From contig PSLL01000011.1 of assembly GCA_040289575.1 (NCBI GenBank), positions 1 to 11,386 on the forward strand: a DNA stretch of 11,386 nt. Direction: 5' to 3'. The stretch is from Candidatus Dadabacteria bacterium (GTDB taxonomy: Bacteria; Desulfobacterota_D; UBA1144; Nemesobacterales; CSP1-2). This document shows positions 1 to 6,834 of this stretch, piece by piece. Made by a program: the position numbers and the translations under genes. The notes below the pieces were generated by a model. It was not told the DNA's origin. It did no database searches and saw only the letters and a program-made list of their open reading frames with translations. Each line of letters begins with the position of its first letter. Position 1 is the stretch's first letter.

Positions 1-26
1 GATAAGCAAGGTTAAAAGAGTTGGTT

Positions 27-431
27 CTACTCAGTCCTATTTATATAGCTAATTCTGGCTATAGTCCCTATCAATTCCAAGAAACCAATCCTTTTAGGTA
101 CATATATAACATTGGGAGAAGTAGATTTATACCTCCTGTGACTGGTAAGTAAAATAACCTTGGTATTAGGACTAATCAATGAGAGGAGTCCTATTAGTTC
201 ATCAATGTCTATCTCAAGTGTCGTATTATCAAGGAGCATAAATTCTGGTTTTATTGTAGTCGTATACTTTTCAACCTCCTCGCGGCTTAGGGATTCGGCT
301 ACTACTTTTATACCAGTCTCATCCTCTAGAATCTTACGGATTCCTTCTAAAAAGAGCCTTGATCTTGAGGCCAGTATTATTTGAATGGGTTTATCCAAAT
401 TCCTAATTAATCCATTTCGGTATATGTCCAA
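27..431 (-). CDS. Stand-alone, atypical NarL/FixJ-type response-regulator receiver (REC) domain protein without a DNA-binding domain
   Basis: 134 aa; TTG start with AAGGAGG 6 nt upstream. IILASRSRLFLEGIRKILE..GIKVVAE...KPEFMLLD...PNTKVILLT follows the NarL REC pattern, but the acidic DD pair is replaced by SR and there is no LuxR HTH. Confidence 0.65.
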   Translation of the reverse strand: MDIYRNGLIRNLDKPIQIILASRSRLFLEGIRKILEDETGIKVVAESLSREEVEKYTTTIKPEFMLLDNTTLEIDIDELIGLLSLISPNTKVILLTSHRRYKSTSPNVIYVPKRIGFLELIGTIARISYINRTE

Positions 432-544
432 CTTCTACCTCCTTATTTTTGCTGATTTAAGTCTCTAATCCTGTTTACATCCTTTCAGATGGTTTGCTTT
501 TGATTCAGGCTAAACCATGAGGAAGGTCTTGAAATTGATTTTAT

Positions 545-560
545 TGCAAATATCGTGCTA
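545..560 (-). promoter_or_regulatory. Sigma54-like -24/-12 promoter element upstream of the REC gene (one mismatch)
   Basis: Minus strand reads TAGCACG-ATAT-TTGCA versus consensus TGGCACG-N4-TTGCW. The mismatch is at the normally invariant first G of GG. Confidence 0.35.
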
Positions 561-639
561 TCTTAACATTGATTATCTCTGCCTAATCCCCTTGGAATGT
601 TGTCAAATTTGTTTTCCTTTAGAGCTATTGAGCATTGAA

Positions 640-656
640 GTGACAAAAAATGTCAC
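640..656. promoter_or_regulatory. Perfect palindrome GTGACA-N5-TGTCAC, probable transcription-factor binding site
   Basis: Seen directly in the divergent intergenic region between the REC gene and mltG. Confidence 0.55.
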
Positions 657-821
657 AAATGGAATTGAAATTGAAATCTTATGGCATAAGTTAACATCTA
701 CAATTTCCAAAGCTTATAGATTCTCTTGCGGTATAATATGAGTGTCTATATCGACTTTAATTGTGCCTTACAAATATTGTGAGGCCGAAATATTTCAAAT
801 CGGATTGGGGGAGTTTAAAGA

Positions 822-1847
822 ATGAAATTTAAAATGAGAGCAGTTATTATAATTGGAATTATATCTATAGCCTTTTTAGCTGGCTTTGTTTATTCTACTT
901 ATTTTGTTTCCCCGGTTCCTCAGAGAACCAAAAAGGTAACAATAGAGATTCCTAAACATTCCGGACTTAAAAGTATAGCCCTTGAACTAAAAAGGGCAGA
1001 AGTCATAAGAAGTGATAAACTATTTATTCTCTCTGTGTTGCTTAGAGGTGATAAGAGCAGATTAAAAGCCGGGGAATACGAATTTGAGCCTGGGGATTCG
1101 CTTAATGAAATAATTGAGAAACTCGTAAGGGGCGACGTAGTCGTCCACAGAATCACAATACCCGAGGGATTCACGATGAATGAAATAGCCGAGCTTTTAG
1201 AAAGAAATGGCATAATGTCCAAGGAGGCCTTTCTCGAAAGAGCCCGGAGTGCTGAGCTTGCGCGGGAGCTTCTCGGAGCCCCTTCTCTTACGAGCCTTGA
1301 AGGCTATTTATTCCCCGACTCATACTCGTATAAAAAAGGTATAACACCAGATGAACTTATACGGATGATGGTTGCGAGATTTAAGGAGGTTTACATGCCA
1401 CTTAGGACAAATTCAGGGGGACTCGATCTTACAGACCATGAGATTGTAACACTTGCGTCAATCATAGAGAAGGAGACCGGAAATATTTCTGAACGTCCTT
1501 TGGTCTCGGCGGTTTTCCATAATCGCCTTAAGCTGGGGATGAGGCTTGAGAGTGATCCTACAGTAATCTACGGAATAGACAGCTTTGACGGAAATCTTAG
1601 GAAGAAGGATCTAAAAGCTGAGACCAGATATAACACATACGTGATTTTTGGACTTCCTCCGGGACCGATTTCAAATCCCGGAAGGGATTCACTTGAGGCT
1701 GCCCTGAATCCGGCACACGTCAACTATCTGTATTTTGTATCGAAGGGAGACGGCACCCATGAATTCTCCTCTAACTATAGAGACCACAGAAGGGCCGTAA
1801 TCGAGTATCAAAAGGGGCTCGGTTCTAACGGGAAAAAACCTCAGTAA
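822..1847 (+). CDS. mltG: Endolytic peptidoglycan transglycosylase MltG (YceG family)
   Basis: 341 aa; N-terminal TM helix, LKAGEY, ITIPEG, LEGYLFPDSY, LASIIEKET (catalytic Glu), VFHNRL..GMRLESDPTV, YNTY...GLPPGPISNPG, YLYFV. Confidence 0.95.
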   Translation: MKFKMRAVIIIGIISIAFLAGFVYSTYFVSPVPQRTKKVTIEIPKHSGLKSIALELKRAEVIRSDKLFILSVLLRGDKSRLKAGEYEFEPGDSLNEIIEKLVRGDVVVHRITIPEGFTMNEIAELLERNGIMSKEAFLERARSAELARELLGAPSLTSLEGYLFPDSYSYKKGITPDELIRMMVARFKEVYMPLRTNSGGLDLTDHEIVTLASIIEKETGNISERPLVSAVFHNRLKLGMRLESDPTVIYGIDSFDGNLRKKDLKAETRYNTYVIFGLPPGPISNPGRDSLEAALNPAHVNYLYFVSKGDGTHEFSSNYRDHRRAVIEYQKGLGSNGKKPQ

Positions 1848-3894
1848 ACGGGTCTACCCTGGGTTTTATAGGAGTCGAGGGAGTATTTAGTTTTTTCTCC
1901 TTTCTCTCTATTCTGATTGTTCCGTCTCTTCCGCGGGATGCTATGAACTGGGCGCCAACTGTTTCTTCGGAAATCTTCTGAAGAATCTTAGGATAGTTTT
2001 TAGAGCCGATAAATATTGAATGAATACAAACGCCGAGCTTTTTTGCCTTTAGTCTTTCATTTAAAACCTCACAATCTCCTGATGTGGGAATTCCATCGGT
2101 GATAAAAAGTATGTGCTTGTTTCTCAATCCCCTTCCCTTAAATTCAGACAGAGCGTCCTTTAGGGCATCCTCGTAGTTTGTATTTCCAGAACACTCCGTT
2201 TTTGAGGCAAGCTGAAGTATCCAGTCATAGTCTCTGGTTAAGAACTTTCCGTTCCTTTTATATTTGTACGAGCGGTGGTTGAATTCAATATATCCAACCC
2301 TCATTTTCTTCATCCTTGCAAGCTCAATAACGCCCCGCACGACTGAAGAAGACCACTCGCTGTAGACGCCCATCATTGATGTGCTTACATCTCTTAGAAT
2401 TGCAATCTCTCCGCCAAGCGTCTCTTTCTCGCGTTTATGAACCCTAGGAAGTGTAGGCGTCGTATTTTCAGCCCAGAATATGCTCTCAAAAGGGTCAGCA
2501 TCTTCTATCTCCTCGAAGTATCTCATCCTTTTCCATCTTCTGGGCTGCCCGCCAGGATGAGGCGCATCAAGGGCGATGCTTCTTTGAAAGTTACCTTCTA
2601 AAACCTTCATCACGATCTTCACGTTCTCTGCGGCCTCAAGATTCCTTTTTCCTCCTATCCAGGAATCATCCTCATCGCCGGCATAAGGGGATTTGCTCCC
2701 ATATACCTTCTGCAAACCCTTGGGTCTTTCCCCTCCTTCCGGATGACCGCCTTGATCCTGTCCGCTGGCTGGTTTCATCTCGGATTTTTCATTCATCTGC
2801 AGGTTCATATCGCTCCTTTCCCCTGTAAGATTGTCTTTGAGCTCTTTTAGTGCTTGAAAAAAGGTTTTACGCGCCTCTGAAAGTTGATCGGACTGCCGCT
2901 CTCCCTCGGGGCTTTCTTTCTCCCTCTCGCCCGGGGCGTGCTGCTCAAATTCAGACATCGGCGGTTGTTCTATATTGCTTTTTGAGTCCTGATGGACTTT
3001 TTTTTTAGAGATTACGTCCTCAAGTATTTCATCAAGCTTGAGGAATACCTCTTCAGGTATTCGAAAAGCCGTCATGTATTTTAGAGCCTTGAGATCTTCA
3101 ACAGCGCAATGGTTTCTGCCATTGAGAACCGCATGAGACCTAATAATTTTAAGGGACTTTACAAAGAACGTTCTATCCGAGATAAGGGAATTGGATTCGT
3201 TAAGACCGTATTCCTCAATCAAAGTCTCGACGAAGTCTACCAGTGTATCCTGAACCTCGGAGGGAATATCTATGGTACTGAGTCTATTATAGTACTCGTC
3301 GAGAATCTTTCTGCTTACCCTTACTGGGACATCATACTCGAATGGTCTTTTTGAATAGAGCTTTACTACCTCTTTCGCCTCATTCCATCTCTTGCCATAG
3401 GAAAGCCCGCGGGCTTTGATCTGGAGTACGAATCGGTCGAGGTTAGCCGGGTCTAGAGGCTCGTTATAGTATTCATCGGCTGTGGGGTTGCTTGTGGCAA
3501 TTGCGGTAAGTAGGGGTATAGGGTCCTCCCCGAATTTTCGTTCATTTAGAATTCTAAGGAGCACATTAAGCGATTCTCCGGGCGCGCGTGAGATGTCGTC
3601 AAGAAGGCAAATTTCGGCAGTGAGTATTCCGCCTTTTACGATTCTCTGCTTAATGAGTTCACCTGTACCCATAACCTCCTTCGAGATGGCAAGATCGCCT
3701 ACGAGTTCTGAGAGTCTGGTGTCTCTATGGAGCTGATAGAAGAAAAAGTTGAGCTGTGCGGCTCCTGAGATGATTTCAGCAAGCATTGTCTTAGCAGTCC
3801 CCGGGGGACCCTCTATGTATATGTGCTCCCGGGAAATTACACCAAGAAGGAGAGACATCTTCACATCTTCATGCCCTATAACGAGGTTGTCCAT
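1825..3894 (-). CDS. RavA/MoxR-family AAA+ ATPase fused through a charged linker to a C-terminal VWA (ViaA-like) domain; true start probably 3932 (see findings)
   Basis: Walker A GPPGTAKT, Walker B-like CLLDDI, LNVLLRILNER, sensor-1 ATSN, Arg finger LDRF, sensor-2 ISDR. An E/Q/K/G/P-rich linker follows, then a VWA MIDAS motif DVSTS...GNTN...ITDG. Confidence 0.88.
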   Translation of the reverse strand: MDNLVIGHEDVKMSLLLGVISREHIYIEGPPGTAKTMLAEIISGAAQLNFFFYQLHRDTRLSELVGDLAISKEVMGTGELIKQRIVKGGILTAEICLLDDISRAPGESLNVLLRILNERKFGEDPIPLLTAIATSNPTADEYYNEPLDPANLDRFVLQIKARGLSYGKRWNEAKEVVKLYSKRPFEYDVPVRVSRKILDEYYNRLSTIDIPSEVQDTLVDFVETLIEEYGLNESNSLISDRTFFVKSLKIIRSHAVLNGRNHCAVEDLKALKYMTAFRIPEEVFLKLDEILEDVISKKKVHQDSKSNIEQPPMSEFEQHAPGEREKESPEGERQSDQLSEARKTFFQALKELKDNLTGERSDMNLQMNEKSEMKPASGQDQGGHPEGGERPKGLQKVYGSKSPYAGDEDDSWIGGKRNLEAAENVKIVMKVLEGNFQRSIALDAPHPGGQPRRWKRMRYFEEIEDADPFESIFWAENTTPTLPRVHKREKETLGGEIAILRDVSTSMMGVYSEWSSSVVRGVIELARMKKMRVGYIEFNHRSYKYKRNGKFLTRDYDWILQLASKTECSGNTNYEDALKDALSEFKGRGLRNKHILFITDGIPTSGDCEVLNERLKAKKLGVCIHSIFIGSKNYPKILQKISEETVGAQFIASRGRDGTIRIERKEKKLNTPSTPIKPRVDPFTEVFSR

Positions 3895-3970
3895 TTCCTC
3901 TTAAGCGCTTTAAAAGGGTTTTGATCTGTCATTTATATGCTTGCCCTCCCTTGACTTTACTCACTATTTA

Positions 3971-3999
3971 ATTCTACCTAAATAGAGATTTTCTTGCAA
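3971..3999 (-). promoter_or_regulatory. Sigma70-type promoter for the AAA-VWA gene
   Basis: Minus strand TTGCAA (3999-3994), 17 nt spacer, TAGAAT (3976-3971), followed by SD GGGAGG (3950-3945) and ATG at 3932. Confidence 0.6.
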
Positions 4000-4090
4000 T
4001 ATTGTCCCTTCTAATTAGTTTCTTAGGGATTAGCCATTAGGAATTTTTTATTTGTACCTTATGCAACTTAGTAGCTAGTTCTACCTCCAT

Positions 4091-4792
4091 TTAGTGTCTT
4101 CTGAAAATACTACCAAACCGATTTGATTCATAGGAATATCCCTTTTTCTCAAAGGGTTTCGCAAGAATAAGACCTGCAATGAATCCTCCTGTGTGAGCCC
4201 AGAACGCAATGCCCCCGTCGCTTTGAGTTACGGTAAGTGAAGCAACTCCGCTGAAGAACTGTATGACAAACCAAAATAAGAGAAAAGCGACAGCTGGGAT
4301 TTCAACAATCTGGATAAAGAAGAATATAGGAACCAGAGTAAGAACCTTGGATCTGGGAAAGTATAGAATATACGCCCCTAAAACCCCTGCGATTGCACCG
4401 CTTGCCCCAATCATCGGAATTGTGGAATGAAGATTTGCAAGAGCCTGTGAAAAGGCGGAGATCAATCCGGTAATTAGGTAGAAAAATAGGTACTTGAGGT
4501 GTCCTATCCTATCTTCGACATTATCTCCAAAGATATAGAGATAGAGCATGTTACCTATTATGTGGAGCCATCCACTGTGGAGAAACATAAATGTAAAAAG
4601 AGGATAGATGCGAAAATCCGCGTGCTCAGGAACGGTAAAAGAGGCGGGGACAAGCCCATAGTGATTTATAAAGTAGGGTAGACGGCTACCCAAAGAAAGC
4701 TCATAGAAAAATACCACTATGTTCACTATTATAAGGATGGTATTGACAATTGGAAAACTTCTCGATGGTATTGTGTCGCGAATAGGGATCAT
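4091..4792 (-). CDS. Rhomboid-family intramembrane serine protease
   Basis: 233 aa, multiple hydrophobic segments; MIPIRD start, FLHSGWLHIIGNMLYL..FGDNVE, catalytic GASG and AHTGG. Confidence 0.93.
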   Translation of the reverse strand: MIPIRDTIPSRSFPIVNTILIIVNIVVFFYELSLGSRLPYFINHYGLVPASFTVPEHADFRIYPLFTFMFLHSGWLHIIGNMLYLYIFGDNVEDRIGHLKYLFFYLITGLISAFSQALANLHSTIPMIGASGAIAGVLGAYILYFPRSKVLTLVPIFFFIQIVEIPAVAFLLFWFVIQFFSGVASLTVTQSDGGIAFWAHTGGFIAGLILAKPFEKKGYSYESNRFGSIFRRH

Positions 4793-4872
4793 AAGTAATT
4801 CTAAACTATAGTCTACATAATTACAGCCCGGGCTTCAAAAGGATTGCGCCTTATTTAATAGTTCTAAGGGAC

Positions 4873-4901
4873 TTGCAATGGGTTATTTTAAAGCTTAAAA
4901 T
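4873..4901 (+). promoter_or_regulatory. Sigma70-type promoter for the KdsC-like gene
   Basis: TTGCAA (4873-4878), 17 nt spacer, TAAAAT (4896-4901); AAGGAG SD just upstream of ATG 4934. Confidence 0.55.
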
Positions 4902-4933
4902 GAATTAACTAAATTGAACTTAAAGGAGAGAGG

Positions 4934-5416
4934 ATGCTTGAGAGGCTAAGAACCGACCTTGTGCGGAGACTCAAACCGATTAAGCTTTTGATAATAAATG
5001 CCGATGGGCTTCTTACCGAAAACCCTTATAGTGTAGGTTTTAAAAATGGAGACGCGATCAGGGCTTTGAGGGATTTAGGGATTAGGATTGCAGGATTTTC
5101 AGTAAGAAAGTCTGAGACTCTTTTCTCTATAGGGAGCCAGATTGGAATAGAACCACTCTATCAAGCCATCTCTCAAAAATCTCAATTCTATTATAAAATT
5201 AAGTCTAAGCATTTAATCTCAGATGATGGAGTCGCATTCTTAGGATGGGATCTTTCAGACCTTCCTATCATTGAGAAGGCGAGTTTTTCTATAGCTCCTT
5301 CAGACGCTGCTCTTGAGGTTAGGGCTATGTCTTATTATGTCACATACTGCAATGGCGAGGGGGCGGTAAGAGAGGCGGCCGAGCTTATATTAAAAGCGAG
5401 GGGCCATTCCATATAA
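4934..5416 (+). CDS. KdsC/YrbI-like HAD-superfamily protein with degenerate catalytic motifs
   Basis: IKLLIINADGLLT (KdsC: IKLL..DVDGVLTD), VAFLGWDLSDLP (KdsC: ..GDD..DLP), APSDA...V...YVT...GEGAVRE..ELIL. Confidence 0.75.
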   Translation: MLERLRTDLVRRLKPIKLLIINADGLLTENPYSVGFKNGDAIRALRDLGIRIAGFSVRKSETLFSIGSQIGIEPLYQAISQKSQFYYKIKSKHLISDDGVAFLGWDLSDLPIIEKASFSIAPSDAALEVRAMSYYVTYCNGEGAVREAAELILKARGHSI

Positions 5417-5446
5417 GATATTCAGATAAATCCTGTGTGGTGATCC

Positions 5447-5892
5447 CTATCTCTCATCAGTTTTGGGTTGTACCTTGATTTCTATGGATTTCGTTTCTGT
5501 TTTAGGAGGTAGCTGCGCTATGGTTTTTTCTGGCGACTGTTCCATAGCGCACCTTCCATTATAAATTCTCCCGTCCTCTATAATTAGGGATTTTGTAAAT
5601 ACATCGCCCGATACGCTGCTGTCCCTTTTTATCTCCAGCCTTTGTGACTCAACGCTCCCCTCTATTTTTCCGTGTACTATAACTTCGATGGCTTTAACTT
5701 CGCCCCTGACAATGCCCTTTTCTCCAACTACCAAAATGCCATTGGTGCTAATTTTTCCCCTTACACTTCCGTCTATTCTTGTTGAAGAAGGGGAGATGAT
5801 ATCTCCGTCAAATGTACATCCTTCGCCTATTAAAGCCACAATCTCGTCTGATCTGTGGTCTGATTGCTTATGCTTTTTCCCTTTCCAAACAT
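5447..5892 (-). CDS. Bactofilin (polymer-forming cytoskeletal protein, CcmA/BacA family); ORF track starts at GTG 5839, and the likely native ATG at 5892 is one base out of frame
   Basis: IGEGCTFDGDI....RIDG.V.G.I.....LVVGEKG.V.GEV.A..V.V.G...G.V....LEI......GD.....L.IEDG..YNG is the bactofilin beta-helix pattern; lies directly downstream of an M23 peptidase. Confidence 0.88.
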
Positions 5893-5899
5893 GGCTCAG

Positions 5900-6730
5900 T
5901 TACCTCAAAAATAAATAGTTAATGGGGTCTATGCTCTTGCCGTCTTTTATTACCTCGTAGTGTAAATGAGGACCCGTAGATCTTCCCGTTGAACCCGTGT
6001 ACCCAATTATATCCCCGGCTTTAACGCTTTGACCCTCTCTTACCCTGATTTTTGATAAGTGTCCATAGAGGGTTTGATAATCATCTTTATGCTCGATTAT
6101 AACGGTTTCTCCATAAGTTCTGTACCAACCTGCCTGCTCTACCACTCCGTCGGCAGTTGCAACTACGGGTTGTCCAAACTTTGCATCTATATCCACGCCA
6201 GAATGGAAGGCCAGTTTAGAGTTAAATGGGTCCTTCCTATAGCCAAAGCCGGAATTTATCTCGCCTGATAAGGGGGTGCCTACTGGGAAGCTCCTCACTA
6301 TATCAAATAGTTCATTAATGTTTTCTTCTACAAAGTCCGCATGTGATAGGTTTAGTTGATTTGCCGGTATGAACTCACCGCCAACGGATAGTTCATTCTT
6401 TATTCCTTTCTTGTCTAATAGTTCTTGCATTTCTAGAAGCCTCTTCTCTATATTACTCAATCTTTCTTCTAGCTTCTCTTTGTTAGTCTCGTTCCTGTTC
6501 AAATCCCCGTTTAAGATATTTATTTGGCTAATAAGCCGATTTATCGCCTCTTTTCTCTTATCTGCCCTTTTATAGAGTTCATAGGTAAGTATAAAAGATG
6601 AGAGAAAAACGGTGATGAGTCCTATTGAAGTAAAGAAAGCCAATTTAATTTGATAAAACTTAACATTAAAAGATTTTACTCCTTTGCCTCTAGTGGTAAA
6701 CATTAGGATTCTTATGTAGTCTCTTTCCAT
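5900..6730 (-). CDS. M23-family (LytM) peptidoglycan endopeptidase with N-terminal TM helix and coiled coil
   Basis: 276 aa; TM segment near residues 29-50, coiled coil, SGFGYRKDPF, Zn ligands HSGVD and HLH, YGHL, GSTGRSTGPHLHYEV; SD GGAGG upstream. Confidence 0.93.
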   Translation of the reverse strand: MERDYIRILMFTTRGKGVKSFNVKFYQIKLAFFTSIGLITVFLSSFILTYELYKRADKRKEAINRLISQINILNGDLNRNETNKEKLEERLSNIEKRLLEMQELLDKKGIKNELSVGGEFIPANQLNLSHADFVEENINELFDIVRSFPVGTPLSGEINSGFGYRKDPFNSKLAFHSGVDIDAKFGQPVVATADGVVEQAGWYRTYGETVIIEHKDDYQTLYGHLSKIRVREGQSVKAGDIIGYTGSTGRSTGPHLHYEVIKDGKSIDPINYLFLR

Positions 6731-6804
6731 GATCTTTCTCCTCCATTGAGATTCAGATAGTTTGATTACGCTACCGGTAGGCTATCTTCTTTATTGTTTC
6801 AGCG

Positions 6805-6834
6805 ACTATACCATATTCTCTATTTATATTGCAA
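6805..6834 (-). promoter_or_regulatory. Sigma70-type extended -10 promoter for the M23-bactofilin operon
   Basis: Minus strand TTGCAA (6834-6829), 18 nt spacer ending TGG, TATAGT (6810-6805). Confidence 0.5.

Noticed and set aside
683..698. TGGCATAAGTTAACAT as a plus-strand sigma54 promoter for mltG
   Set aside because: Has the -24 TGGCA but no GC at the -12 position.
517..741. 74-aa plus-strand ORF in the REC-mltG intergenic region
   Set aside because: No convincing SD, no family resemblance, Cys/Leu/Ile-rich composition typical of AT-rich noncoding DNA, and it overlaps apparent regulatory motifs.
1825..1847. 23-nt convergent overlap of the mltG and AAA-VWA 3' ends
   Set aside because: Short tail-to-tail overlaps are common in compact genomes; there is no sign of function.
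3912..3918. C_CCT_TTT slippery heptamer in the AAA leader frame as an explanation for the out-of-frame start
   Set aside because: A -1 shift here meets TAA immediately (CCC TTT TAA), so it cannot reach the AAA frame.
5840..5902. M23-bactofilin readthrough fusion (same frame, separated only by the TAA at 5902-5900)
   Set aside because: TAA readthrough is rare, the two domains should lie on opposite sides of the membrane, and the shared frame is explained by the one-base deficit after ATG 5892.
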